Below are positions 15,642-24,676 of a stretch of DNA of 44,122 nt, piece after piece. Under the pieces are notes generated by a model, which saw only the letters and a list, made by a program, of their open reading frames with translations, ran no database searches and had not been told where the DNA came from. The stretch comes from Klebsiella phage K1-ULIP33, in the sequence record MK380014.1, one strand, 5' to 3'. Made by a program: the position numbers and the translations under genes. Within the stretch, counting starts at the first letter, position 1. Every line of letters starts with the position of its first letter.

Positions 15642-15938
15642 ATGCCGACTATTGAATCTCGTATCTGCTTTGACTACAACTTCAATATGTTTACCCGGAT
15701 GTATGAAGGCATTGCTTATATCCAGAATGGACACCATTGGGAATACGGTAAGCAAGAGCTTATCGCCAAGGTAGAGGACTGGGATGCAGAACGCATGAAG
15801 CGTAAACTACGGAGTAAGGTCAAGGCATTCTTGGAGGAATGGCCTACATGCGACCAAACTTCAACTTCGGAGCTACAGTATCGGAAGACAATAATCTCAT
15901 CCTGTGGCCGACTGACGGTAAAAGAATCGCTCTCATAG
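15642..15938 (+). CDS. hypothetical protein (98 aa) overlapping the exonuclease start
   Basis: Good RBS TTGGAGAATTAATTATG. Overlaps the exonuclease gene by about 90 nt in another frame, hence low confidence. Confidence 0.3.
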   Translation: MPTIESRICFDYNFNMFTRMYEGIAYIQNGHHWEYGKQELIAKVEDWDAERMKRKLRSKVKAFLEEWPTCDQTSTSELQYRKTIISSCGRLTVKESLS

Positions 15939-16876
15939 ATGGAGATATGATTCCTTATATCATTGGTTATACTATCAGTGATATGACCTTGGTGCGAGCT
16001 ATGACCCGTGTTAAGTCTGGTCAGGTGGCTCACATCGAAGATACACCTGAATGCAAGCAGGCATGTGATCGCGTCAACTCTATGCTCAATTCTTGGGTGT
16101 ACGGTGCAGAATGTGATGCCGCTCGCATCTTCCTCACCAAATCGGATGCTAACTTCCGTCTGCGTCTGGCATTCACTAAGCCATACAAGGGTACACGTAA
16201 GGAAGAGAAGCCACCGTTCTTTTATGAGATGCGCGAGCACCTTATGAGCGTACACAAGGCGGAGCTTGCAGACGGTGAAGAGGCTGACGACTTGATGAGT
16301 ACAGCGCAATGGGATGCGCATCGACGATTCCTACAGGAGAATGGTAACGAGTTCGAAGTCGGTAGTCCTGAGCACAAGGCATTCTCCGATACTGTTATCG
16401 TGTCCGCAGATAAAGACCTGATGATTGTACCCGGCTGGCATCTACAACCGGGCAGCGACTTGAAGTGGGTAGACCAGATGGGTTGGCTTGAGTTACGCCG
16501 CAAGGCTAACGGTCAGGTCAAAGACCTTAAAGGTGCTGGACTCAAGTTCTTCTACGCACAGATGATCATCGGCGACGACATTGATAACTATGCTGGGATA
16601 CCGGGCAAGGGTGCTGCCTTTGCCTATAAGCTGCTTGACGGCTGCAAGACTGAGAAGGAGCTTTATATGGCTGTGCTGGGTGCCTACAAGGATAAGTTCG
16701 GGCATGGTGCAGTCAAACTTAGAAACCATAGGGGAACTTATCGTATCGGCAAGGCATTCGACTTGATGCTTGAGTGTGGGCGCTTGGCTCACATGGCTAG
16801 TTTCAAAGGGGATATCTGGCGTGCCGACAAGAACCCTATCCTGTGGGGAGACGACGACGGATGGCTACAAAGCTAA
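15848..16876 (+). CDS. 5'-3' exonuclease (T7 gp6-like FEN)
   Basis: ..IALIDGDMIPY.. (cf. T7 gp6 ILVMDGDW), ..VIVSADKDLMIV.. (cf. VIISCDKDF), ..GDDIDNYAGIPGKG.. (cf. GDITDGYSGIAGWG). I prefer the ATG at 15848 (9 nt after GGAGGA) over 15839. Confidence 0.85.
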   Translation: MRPNFNFGATVSEDNNLILWPTDGKRIALIDGDMIPYIIGYTISDMTLVRAMTRVKSGQVAHIEDTPECKQACDRVNSMLNSWVYGAECDAARIFLTKSDANFRLRLAFTKPYKGTRKEEKPPFFYEMREHLMSVHKAELADGEEADDLMSTAQWDAHRRFLQENGNEFEVGSPEHKAFSDTVIVSADKDLMIVPGWHLQPGSDLKWVDQMGWLELRRKANGQVKDLKGAGLKFFYAQMIIGDDIDNYAGIPGKGAAFAYKLLDGCKTEKELYMAVLGAYKDKFGHGAVKLRNHRGTYRIGKAFDLMLECGRLAHMASFKGDIWRADKNPILWGDDDGWLQS

Positions 16877-17274
16877 AGACCTCCGAGGTTGCTGCTTACA
16901 AGCAGGAGCTTATGGAGAAGCAGGGGTACACGTGCCCTTTATGTGGTGGCAGTCTCAAGGCTGTCACTCCTGTTAACCGTGTACTTGACCACGACCATGA
17001 CACTGGATTCTGCCGTGCCGTTGTATGCCGAGGTTGCAATGGTGCAGAAGGCAAGATCTTAGGTGTTATCTCAGGTTATGGTAAGGCAGGGAATAACAAG
17101 TATTTCCAGCTTAAATGGTTGGAGAACTTGTATAACTATTGGAAGTTACACCAGACGCCGCAGACTGACAAGCTGTATCATAAGCACCAGACTGAGGCAG
17201 AGAAGCGCGAGGCTCGCAATCGCAAGGCTCGCTTGGCATACGCAAAGAAGAAAGCAGGAGGTAAAGTTGGGTAA
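16861..17274 (+). CDS. endonuclease VII-like Holliday junction resolvase
   Basis: CPLCGG..LDHDHDTGFCRAVVCRGCNGAEGKI..WLENLYNYW matches the T4 endonuclease VII pattern (CxxC..HLDHDH..CNxCNxAEG..WLENL). I prefer the ATG at 16861 over the upstream GTG. Confidence 0.8.
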   Translation: MATKLKTSEVAAYKQELMEKQGYTCPLCGGSLKAVTPVNRVLDHDHDTGFCRAVVCRGCNGAEGKILGVISGYGKAGNNKYFQLKWLENLYNYWKLHQTPQTDKLYHKHQTEAEKREARNRKARLAYAKKKAGGKVG

Positions 17275-18274
17275 GCTACGCTCCCTGTACAAAGACTCCG
17301 AGGTGCTGAGTGCAATTGAGCAGGCTACCGACGAGCACGGAAATGTTAACTACAATGAAACGGCACGCATCTTATCTGCGCATCCAGTGGGTAAGAAGAT
17401 CACGCGCCAACTGGCACGCTACTGGCATGGTCAGTTCAAGACGAAGAAGAAGAACGGCGATGCATATCAGTCACTCCTTCCAGAGAATAAGCGTATCAAA
17501 GAAGCACGCAAGCTGCGCACTCCTGATCGCTATGAAGATCTGGCTGTTGCACCAATGCCTGAGTCGGCTCATCGAAGCATACTGGTAATCCCTGATACCC
17601 ATGCTCCGTATGAGCACCCGGATACGCTGGAGTTTCTGGCAGCAGTGGCTGCGCGGTTCCGCCCGGATACCGTTGTCCACCTCGGAGATGAAGCGGACAA
17701 GCACGCTATGTCTTTCCACGACTCCGATCCCAACCTTGATTCCGCTGGCATGGAATTGGAGAAGGCACGTGTCTTCATGGCGAAGCTGCACGCAATGTTC
17801 CCGGTGATGCGCCTGTGTCACTCGAACCACGGCTCTATGCACTTCCGCAAGGCGCACTCGCACGGCATCCCTGTGCAATACCTCCGCACCTACCGCGAAG
17901 TGTTCTTCCCGCAAGGTGGCGGCGAGCGCTGGGAGTGGCAGCATACGCACGTCCTCGAACTGCCGAACGGTGAGCAGGTTGCCTTCAAGCACCAGCCTGC
18001 CGGGGCCGTGCTGGGTGACGCTGCACATGAGCGCATGAACTTGGTGTGTGGTCACTTGCATGGCAAAATGTCTATCGAGTATGCCCGGAATACGCATGAG
18101 CAGTATTGGGCCGCACAGGGCGGTTGTCTGGTAGATGAAGATTCTCGCGCCTTCTCTTATGGCAAGGAGTCCAAATACAAGCCAGCGCTTGGTTGCCTTG
18201 TGATTCTCGAAGGCGTACCGCAGATCATCCCGATGCAGACCAATAGCGACGGTCGCTGGGTTGGCAAGCTTTAA
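17267..18274 (+). CDS. calcineurin-like metallophosphoesterase
   Basis: Motifs LVIPDTHAPYEHPD, HLGDEADKH and CHSNHGSMH fit the metallophosphatase signature (DxH..GD..GNH). Probable TTG start at 17267, 6 nt after GGAGG. The upstream part of track ORF 17063 overlaps the resolvase gene. Confidence 0.65.
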   Translation: MGKLRSLYKDSEVLSAIEQATDEHGNVNYNETARILSAHPVGKKITRQLARYWHGQFKTKKKNGDAYQSLLPENKRIKEARKLRTPDRYEDLAVAPMPESAHRSILVIPDTHAPYEHPDTLEFLAAVAARFRPDTVVHLGDEADKHAMSFHDSDPNLDSAGMELEKARVFMAKLHAMFPVMRLCHSNHGSMHFRKAHSHGIPVQYLRTYREVFFPQGGGERWEWQHTHVLELPNGEQVAFKHQPAGAVLGDAAHERMNLVCGHLHGKMSIEYARNTHEQYWAAQGGCLVDEDSRAFSYGKESKYKPALGCLVILEGVPQIIPMQTNSDGRWVGKL

Positions 18275-18289
18275 GTGACACTATAGAAC
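18269..18289 (+). promoter_or_regulatory. SP6 promoter variant (CTTTAAGTGACACTATAGAAC) followed by a conserved leader stem-loop
   Basis: Followed by AAGGGCA-ggtgatgct-TGCCCTT and then GATTGTATATTG. Homologous to the 13537 module. Confidence 0.7.
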
Positions 18290-18341
18290 AAAGGGCAGGT
18301 GATGCTTGCCCTTGATTGTATATTGTTAACAGGAGGTAAAT

Positions 18342-18917
18342 ATGATCATTGTACTGAATGCCCCTCCGGGTGCAGGAAAAGATACCATTGCCAAGAGAAT
18401 GGCAGAAGCAAGCCCGGCATTTCGTCTGGCCTCTATGAAGGAGCCGATGTGGGATATTGCTAAGGCTATGCTCGGAACTAAGTACGATGAATTTGTTCGT
18501 CTGTACAATGACAGGGAGACCAAAGAGAAGGCCTTCGAGTTCTTAGGTGGACTCTCTCCACGTGGTTTCTTTATCTGGATATCCGAGAAGGTATGCAAGC
18601 CTCTATTCGGCGAGCGCTTCTTCGGAGAGCGAATGCTGTCACGTGTACAGGAATTGAAACCATACGAGGTTGTCTTGTCTGATGGAGGCTTCCCTTCTGA
18701 ACTCCTTCCAGCACTTGAAGCTGGCGAGACTATCATGTTGGTGCGTCTGCACCGAGATGGTTTCACTTTTGAAGGAGACAGCCGTGGCTATATATATGCT
18801 GAGGATTTGCCCGGTGAAGAGTTTTGGACTATCGATGTGGATCTTGAAGAAGGTGGGATTGACAAGGCAGTAACTCAAATCATCTCAGCCTATGAAGTAT
18901 TACTAGAGGTGTACTAA
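18342..18917 (+). CDS. P-loop nucleotide/deoxynucleotide kinase-like protein
   Basis: N-terminal Walker A motif MIIVLNAPPGAGKDT, like adenylate/dNMP kinases. 191 aa. Confidence 0.6.
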   Translation: MIIVLNAPPGAGKDTIAKRMAEASPAFRLASMKEPMWDIAKAMLGTKYDEFVRLYNDRETKEKAFEFLGGLSPRGFFIWISEKVCKPLFGERFFGERMLSRVQELKPYEVVLSDGGFPSELLPALEAGETIMLVRLHRDGFTFEGDSRGYIYAEDLPGEEFWTIDVDLEEGGIDKAVTQIISAYEVLLEVY

Positions 18918-19867
18918 TGGATATCTTCTCTTTCATTGGCCTACCAGAAGACCACCGCACTAAGCCAGTTATGCTGGTTAAGCACCGGGATGAAGTGCCG
19001 GATAGTAAGATTAAATTCCCCGTATATGGACAGGTGAAACGCGATGGTATATTCTCTGCTGTTGTTGTTCGCGCTGATAGTGTCGTTGGCATTTTTGGTC
19101 GCACTGGTAAGAAACTGGCAAATGTTGAAGCACTCGAACAAAGATTTGCTTCCTTTCCGGCTGGCATTTATCTTGGTGAGTTGCAGTCTATGGCCGTTGA
19201 TATCTACCTTGAAGCACTCTCTGGTGTGGTGAACCCTAACCGGACGGAACCTCTTGATTACATCGGTCAGCAAATCAAGGATGACTTGTACATAGACTTC
19301 TTTGACATGTTGACGATCAAGGCATTCACTGATGGGTATACGGATGTTACATTCCTTAAACGCCATGCAGCGCTGGAGCGGCGCATAGGTGAACTGGTGT
19401 CCAACACGTTGGACAACATCCTGCCTGTCACTCCTTGCCACAACGAGGTAGAGGTTGAAGCGTTCGCTAAGATGCACATCGACGCAGGTCGTGAGGGTGC
19501 TGTGTTCAAGCTGGACTGCGACTACGAGGCAGGTCACAAAGGCTACCGCCAGACCAAGATCGTCCGCATGGTAAGCTATGACCTTACCTGCATCGGGTGG
19601 GAAGAAGGTAAAGGTAAGTACAAAGGCAAGGTTGCTAACCTCATCTTTAAATGGAAAGGTGGCAAGACTGTCAAAGCTATGCTCGGCAAGGGTTGGACAC
19701 ATGAAGATGCCGAGCGTATGTATCACGATATTAAACATGGTGGCGAGTTGAATGTCATCGGGAAGATCTTCGCTGTCAAGGCGTTACAGGAATCTAGCAA
19801 GGGAATCCTGAGACTTCCCAAGGCTGGAGAGTTACGCCATGATAAGGAGGAACCAGATGTCTTTTGA
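18917..19867 (+). CDS. ATP-dependent DNA ligase
   Basis: Adenylation motif I KRDG in ..YGQVKRDGIFS.. (cf. T7 ligase KYDGVR). Size matches phage ligases at about 316 aa. Confidence 0.85.
   Translation: MDIFSFIGLPEDHRTKPVMLVKHRDEVPDSKIKFPVYGQVKRDGIFSAVVVRADSVVGIFGRTGKKLANVEALEQRFASFPAGIYLGELQSMAVDIYLEALSGVVNPNRTEPLDYIGQQIKDDLYIDFFDMLTIKAFTDGYTDVTFLKRHAALERRIGELVSNTLDNILPVTPCHNEVEVEAFAKMHIDAGREGAVFKLDCDYEAGHKGYRQTKIVRMVSYDLTCIGWEEGKGKYKGKVANLIFKWKGGKTVKAMLGKGWTHEDAERMYHDIKHGGELNVIGKIFAVKALQESSKGILRLPKAGELRHDKEEPDVF
19399..19414. repeat. palindromic element GTCCAACACGTTGGAC (copy 8, inside the ligase gene)
   Basis: In-frame, encoding V-S-N-T-L-D-N. Confidence 0.8.
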
Positions 19868-20048
19868 TTCAATGAAAGCCACTCGCGCTGTCGAGGTGGC
19901 AGAGGCTCTGTTCGAGTCTTACGCTTGCGGGATTACCCCGCCGTACACTCTGCTCGCTGACGCAGAAGAACTTGGCCTCTCAGTAGAGGCTATCAAAGAG
20001 AAAGTCGAGGAACTGTATGGCACAGACGAAGAAGAAACCGACGATTAG
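19857..20048 (+). CDS. hypothetical protein (63 aa)
   Basis: ATG at 19857, 6 nt after GGAGG. Overlaps the ligase stop. Confidence 0.4.
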   Translation: MSFDSMKATRAVEVAEALFESYACGITPPYTLLADAEELGLSVEAIKEKVEELYGTDEEETDD

Positions 20049-20190
20049 TCTGGAAGCTATGGAAATGCTGGAGATGATTCTCCGGCCTGCCCACCCGGCA
20101 CCAGACAAGACACCAAAGCAATTGCAATGGGATGAGTGTAAACGGTACATCATGAACTGTATCAACGCTCAGATCGTGGTGACACCATGA
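20017..20190 (+). CDS. hypothetical small basic protein (57 aa)
   Basis: ATG at 20017 in a different frame. Its stop forms an ATGA overlap with the next gene. Below the track threshold. Confidence 0.25.
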   Translation: MAQTKKKPTISLEAMEMLEMILRPAHPAPDKTPKQLQWDECKRYIMNCINAQIVVTP

Positions 20191-20648
20191 TTCGTCCTGC
20201 ATCGTTCCTTGATATCCCTTCGATTATCAATCTTGGTAATCGGTACGTTGAAGAAGAGGTTAAGTCTACGGCCCATCACTCTGCTGTATGGGATGCCGAG
20301 ATGAGCGCCCATCACCTATGCGAAGCCTACATGCGGGATGATTTATTCCTGTGGGTGGCTGTGTTAGACGGTGAGGTCGTAGGCTTCTTATGGGCTGCTG
20401 CGCACCCTATGGCACCTTGGAACCCAGCTATGGTGGCAAGTGACTACCTGTTCTACATCACACCAGAGAGACGAGGAACATCCCTCGGCTACCGCTTAGT
20501 TAAGCAATACGTAGAATGGGCTGAGTCTATGGCGTGCTGCGAGGTGCGGCTGTCCATCGCCTCCGGTATCAACGAAGAACGAGTCGGACGTATGTATGAG
20601 CGCTTAGGCTTTGAGTCGTTCGGCACTGTGTATAACCTAAAGTTCTAA
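20187..20648 (+). CDS. GNAT-family N-acetyltransferase-like protein
   Basis: Motif A-like RRGTSLGYRL and ..RMYERLGFE.. typical of the GNAT fold. 153 aa. Confidence 0.5.
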   Translation: MIRPASFLDIPSIINLGNRYVEEEVKSTAHHSAVWDAEMSAHHLCEAYMRDDLFLWVAVLDGEVVGFLWAAAHPMAPWNPAMVASDYLFYITPERRGTSLGYRLVKQYVEWAESMACCEVRLSIASGINEERVGRMYERLGFESFGTVYNLKF

Positions 20649-20657
20649 GGAGATAAC

Positions 20658-20891
20658 ATGGGTGTAGTTAAGAAGGCTGTGAGTGCTGTTGGTAAAGTTG
20701 TTGGTGGTGTGCTTGGTACGAGCCAGAAGCCAGTTAGCTTAGAGACCAAAGTGCCTGCACAGCAGCTTGAGCGTCAGCAGGAAGTTGGCGCAGAAGATAT
20801 CCAGATTGGTCACGGCGAAGAGGACTCTCAGGCTGGCGCTAAAGGTAAGCGCGGTCTGGTTCGCCCTGTGGCCTCCAGCTTAGGAGTGTAA
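20658..20891 (+). CDS. hypothetical protein (77 aa)
   Basis: ORF with RBS TAAGGAGATAACATG, directly upstream of the portal gene. Confidence 0.5.
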   Translation: MGVVKKAVSAVGKVVGGVLGTSQKPVSLETKVPAQQLERQQEVGAEDIQIGHGEEDSQAGAKGKRGLVRPVASSLGV

Positions 20892-20892
20892 T

Positions 20893-22443
20893 ATGGGGCC
20901 AAACACCGATATGAAGTACAGTGGTAAGCGCTCGAAGATTCCAAAGCTGTGGGAGAAATTCATAACCAAGCGTAATCCGTTCCTTGACCGGGCGAAGCAT
21001 TACGCTAAGTTATCCTTGCCTTACCTGTTGAACGATGAGGGCGACAATGAAACCTCTCAGAATGGGTGGCAAGGCACAGGTGCGCAGGCCACTAACCATT
21101 TAGCTAACAAGCTGGCACAAGTGTTATTCCCTGCACAGCGATCCTTCTTCCGCGTAGACCTCACCACCAAAGGTGAGGAGCAACTATCCAAGGCTGGCCT
21201 GAACAAGACCAAGCTGGCGACTATGTTTGCCCGTGTTGAGATGGCCGCGATGAAGTCCCTTGAGCAGCGCCAGTTCCGCCCTGCAATCGTGGAGGCGTTC
21301 AAACACCTCATCGTTGCTGGGAACTGCATGTTGTTCAAGCCGAGCAAAGGTAATATCAGTACCATCCCTATGCATCACTATGTGGTGAACCGGGACACTA
21401 ATGGTGAATTACTAGATATTATCCTACTCCAGAAGAAAGCACTTCGCACATTCGACCCAGCCACCCGTATGGCTATCGAAGCCAGTATGCGTGGCAAGAT
21501 GTGCAAGAAGGATGATGAGGTCAAGCTGTATACCCATGCTCACTATGAGGGTGACGGTTTTTGGGAGGTCAATCAATCTGCTGATGATATCCCGGTAGGC
21601 ACGAAGAGCCGAGTCAAGACCGAGAAGTTGCCTTTCATCGTACTGACTTGGAAGCGCTCATATGGTGAAGATTGGGGCCGCCCGCTGATGGAGGACTACT
21701 CCGGCGACTTGTTCGTTGTCCAGTTCTTATCCGAAGCAGTGGCCCGTGGTGCTGCCCTTATGGCGGATATCAAATACCTGATTCGCCCCGGTGCGCAGAC
21801 TGACGTAGATCACTTCGTCAACTCTGGTACGGGTGAGGTTATCACAGGTGTGGAAGAAGATATCCACATTGTGCAGCTTGGCAAGTATGCTGACCTTACG
21901 CCTATCGCCCAAGTGCTGGAGACGTACACCCGCCGCATTGGTATCGTCTTCATGATGGAATCCTTGGTGCGCCGTGATGCGGAGCGTGTGACTGCCGTAG
22001 AGATTAAGCGTGATGCGCTGGAAGTAGAGCAGAACATGGGCGGTGCATACTCCCTGTTCGCCATGACCATGCAGACGCCTGTCGCCTTGTGGGGCTTGAA
22101 CGAGGTAGGCAAGACCTTGACCTCCGAGTTAATCGACCCTGTGATTATCACTGGCATCGAAGCGCTGGGGCGCATGGCGGAGCTTGAAAAGCTGGCTGAC
22201 TTCTCTCAGTACATGGCCTTACCTATGCAGTGGCCTGATCCTGTGCAGCAGGCGGTCAAATGGCCGGACTACATGGATTGGGTACGTGGACAGATCTCTG
22301 CTGAACTTCCTTTCTTCAAGACAGAGGAAGAACTACAGCAAGAGGCAGCGCGCCAAGCAGAAGGGCAGCAGGAGAACCTACTTAACGAGGGCGTAGCTAA
22401 GGCTATTCCCGGTGTGATTCAACAATCAATGCAGGAGGGCTAA
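20893..22443 (+). CDS. head-tail connector (portal) protein, T7 gp8-like
   Basis: 516 aa. First gene of the structural block, immediately before the scaffold and capsid genes as in T7. Confidence 0.85.
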   Translation: MGPNTDMKYSGKRSKIPKLWEKFITKRNPFLDRAKHYAKLSLPYLLNDEGDNETSQNGWQGTGAQATNHLANKLAQVLFPAQRSFFRVDLTTKGEEQLSKAGLNKTKLATMFARVEMAAMKSLEQRQFRPAIVEAFKHLIVAGNCMLFKPSKGNISTIPMHHYVVNRDTNGELLDIILLQKKALRTFDPATRMAIEASMRGKMCKKDDEVKLYTHAHYEGDGFWEVNQSADDIPVGTKSRVKTEKLPFIVLTWKRSYGEDWGRPLMEDYSGDLFVVQFLSEAVARGAALMADIKYLIRPGAQTDVDHFVNSGTGEVITGVEEDIHIVQLGKYADLTPIAQVLETYTRRIGIVFMMESLVRRDAERVTAVEIKRDALEVEQNMGGAYSLFAMTMQTPVALWGLNEVGKTLTSELIDPVIITGIEALGRMAELEKLADFSQYMALPMQWPDPVQQAVKWPDYMDWVRGQISAELPFFKTEEELQQEAARQAEGQQENLLNEGVAKAIPGVIQQSMQEG

Positions 22444-23345
22444 TGGCTTTCTCATTCACTGAACCAACTACCACTCATCCAACTTCCGACACAGCGCCGG
22501 AAGAGACTCAGGAGGCAACCACTGATGTTACCACTGATACTGATACTGTTGACACTAACGCTGATGTACAAAGTGGCACTGGCGACACTGACGCTGGAGA
22601 CGCCGGAGGAGAAGATCCTAAAGGCGAGACTTCAGAAGGAGAAGGAAAAGAAGAAGACAAACCTGCTGAATCTTCTCAAGAAGAGGTAAACTATTTCTTT
22701 GGTGGCGAAGAAGTCACCATTGAAGTGCCGCAGGACGTGGAGGAAGAACTCAAGGCAAAAGGCCTTGACGCCCACGCTATCGCTGCCGAGCTTTACGCTA
22801 AGGATGGCGACTTCTCTTTGTCAGAAGAGACGAAGCAGAAGCTGTATGATGCCTTCGGCAAGTTCGCCGTGGACGCCTACCTGTCTGGCCTCAAGGCACA
22901 GAATGAAGCCTTCATGCTCCGCTCTGAGAACGAAGCCAAGGAGCGTGAGGCCGCAGACGTGCAGCGCTTCACCGATACCTCCAAAGAGTGCGGAGGGGAA
23001 GAAGGTTGGAACCGTCTGGAAGAATGGGCGCTTGAGGCTCTTAGTGACGATGAGCTTACAGCCTTCAATGCAGTGATGCAGTCCGGGAACCAGTATCTCC
23101 AGATGTATGCTGTGCGCGAACTGGAAGCGCGTCGCAAGGCTGCACAGGGAGATGATGAGGTCACTCTCGTCCAGCCATCTGCTCCTGCCGTAGATGCATC
23201 GGACAATTCCCCACTCTCTGCACAGGAGTACATCCGTGAGATCTCGCAACTGAGTCAGCGCTTCGGTCGTGACCGTAAAGCTGCCGCAGAAGCACAGGCC
23301 AAACTGGATGCCCGCCGCCGCGCTGGCATGGCTAAAGGCCTGTAA
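22443..23345 (+). CDS. capsid assembly scaffolding protein, T7 gp9-like
   Basis: 300-aa, highly acidic protein with a low-complexity T/D/E-rich N-terminus, between portal and major capsid. TAATG start overlap. Confidence 0.8.
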   Translation: MAFSFTEPTTTHPTSDTAPEETQEATTDVTTDTDTVDTNADVQSGTGDTDAGDAGGEDPKGETSEGEGKEEDKPAESSQEEVNYFFGGEEVTIEVPQDVEEELKAKGLDAHAIAAELYAKDGDFSLSEETKQKLYDAFGKFAVDAYLSGLKAQNEAFMLRSENEAKEREAADVQRFTDTSKECGGEEGWNRLEEWALEALSDDELTAFNAVMQSGNQYLQMYAVRELEARRKAAQGDDEVTLVQPSAPAVDASDNSPLSAQEYIREISQLSQRFGRDRKAAAEAQAKLDARRRAGMAKGL

Positions 23346-23349
23346 GCCT

Positions 23350-23370
23350 ATTTAGGTGACACTATAGAAG
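23350..23370 (+). promoter_or_regulatory. SP6 promoter (ATTTAGGTGACACTATAGAAG) for the capsid gene
   Basis: Exact consensus. Followed by the leader hairpin GGGAGG-aatctg-CCTCCC (23370..23387). Confidence 0.9.
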
Positions 23371-23422
23371 GGAGGAATCTGCCTCCCTAGTATCAACTTG
23401 ATTTATAAGGAGATTCTAATAC

Positions 23423-24622
23423 ATGAGCACCCCTAACAATCTGACTAACGTTGCCGTTTCCGCTTCTGGTGAAGTCGATAGCTTGCTGATTGAGAAGTTC
23501 AACGGCAAGGTTAACGAGCAGTACCTCAAGGGTGAGAACATCATGTCTTACTTTGACGTACAGTCCGTGACTGGCACCAACACCGTTAGCAACAAATATC
23601 TCGGTGAGACTGAGTTGCAGGTGCTGGCTCCGGGTCAGTCTCCGGCTGCTACCTCTACTCAGGCAGATAAAAACCAACTGGTGATCGATGCGACCGTTAT
23701 CGCTCGCAACACTGTTGCTCACCTGCATGACGTGCAGGGCGACATTGACAGCCTGAAACCGAAGCTGGCAGCAAACCAAGCCAAGCAACTGAAACGTATG
23801 GAAGATGAGATGCTGATTCAGCAGATGCTGCTTGGTGGTATCAGCAATACCGAGGCCAAACGTAACACTCCGCGCGTTAAGGGTCACGGCTTCTCTATCA
23901 ATGTAGAGGTCAACGAAGGAGAGGCACTGATTAACCCGCAGTATGTAATGGCCGCTGTAGAGTTCGCTCTGGAGCAGCAGCTTGAGCAGGAAGTTGACAT
24001 CTCTGATGTAGCAATCCTGATGCCGTGGCGTTACTTCAACTGTCTGCGTGATGCAGACCGTATTGTAGATAAGACCTATACTATCAGCCAGTCTGGTGCT
24101 ACCATTCAGGGCTTCACCTTGTCTTCCTACAACTGCCCGGTTATCCCGTCTAACCGATTCCCGAAATTTGCCCAGGATCAGGGACACCACCTGCTGTCCA
24201 ACGAAGATAACGGGTACCGCTATGACAGCTTGCCGAGTATGAATGGTACTATCGCTGTGCTGTTCACTTCTGATGCGCTGCTGGTTGGTCGCTCTATTGA
24301 TGTTACTGGTGATATCTTCTACGAGAAGAAAGAGAAGACTTACTACATTGATACCTTCCTGTCCGAAGGTGCTATCCCAGATCGTTGGGAAGCTGTTTCT
24401 GTTGTTACCACCAAGCGGGATACCACCACCGGTGAAGTTGCCTCGACTAATGCGGAACAGCACACTCAGGTTCTCAACCGAGCAATGCGTAAGGCTGTGT
24501 ACGTCAAGCAGGCCGCTGCTACCGCTGGTGCCGCAGGCCTTCAGGCGGAAGATCTGGTTGCTGCTGTTCGCGCTGTGATGGCTAACGATATCAAGGCGAC
24601 TGCAATGAAGCCAACTGAGTAA
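23423..24622 (+). CDS. major capsid protein, T7 gp10-like
   Basis: 399 aa. Strong promoter and RBS (TAAGGAGATTCTAATACATG). Terminator right after the stop. Position after the scaffold gene. Confidence 0.9.
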   Translation: MSTPNNLTNVAVSASGEVDSLLIEKFNGKVNEQYLKGENIMSYFDVQSVTGTNTVSNKYLGETELQVLAPGQSPAATSTQADKNQLVIDATVIARNTVAHLHDVQGDIDSLKPKLAANQAKQLKRMEDEMLIQQMLLGGISNTEAKRNTPRVKGHGFSINVEVNEGEALINPQYVMAAVEFALEQQLEQEVDISDVAILMPWRYFNCLRDADRIVDKTYTISQSGATIQGFTLSSYNCPVIPSNRFPKFAQDQGHHLLSNEDNGYRYDSLPSMNGTIAVLFTSDALLVGRSIDVTGDIFYEKKEKTYYIDTFLSEGAIPDRWEAVSVVTTKRDTTTGEVASTNAEQHTQVLNRAMRKAVYVKQAAATAGAAGLQAEDLVAAVRAVMANDIKATAMKPTE

Positions 24623-24631
24623 TAACCTATG

Positions 24632-24666
24632 CCCCATCTACTTTGCGTAGGTGGGGTTCTTTTGTT
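24632..24666 (+). terminator. stem-loop plus U-tract terminator after the capsid gene (T-phi analogue)
   Basis: CCCCATCTA-ctttgcg-TAGGTGGGG (one G.U) followed by TTCTTTTGTT. Confidence 0.65.
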
Positions 24667-24676
24667 AGGAGGATTC

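Noticed and set aside
15716-16321. 201-aa minus-strand ORF across the exonuclease gene
   Set aside because: Antisense to a motif-supported exonuclease gene. All other genes are on the + strand.
17063-17266. Upstream extension of track ORF 17063..18274 overlapping the resolvase gene
   Set aside because: The extension is in an alternate frame of the endonuclease VII-like gene and contains no ATG. The TTG at 17267 preceded by GGAGG is the more plausible start of the phosphoesterase.
17471-18097. 208-aa minus-strand ORF inside the metallophosphoesterase gene, plus overlapping ORFs 17310..17588 and 17601..17807
   Set aside because: Antisense or alternate frames of a confidently assigned + strand gene, with no start signals.
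22699-23249. Overlapping + and - strand ORFs (125, 142 and 118 aa) within the scaffold gene
   Set aside because: Embedded in the acidic scaffold coding region. Frame artefacts with biased composition.
23393-24637. 414-aa minus-strand ORF antisense to the major capsid gene
   Set aside because: It exactly shadows a well-supported + strand gene that has a promoter, RBS and terminator. T7-like genomes are transcribed entirely rightward. It has no RBS and is typical of antisense open frames in high-GC coding sequence.
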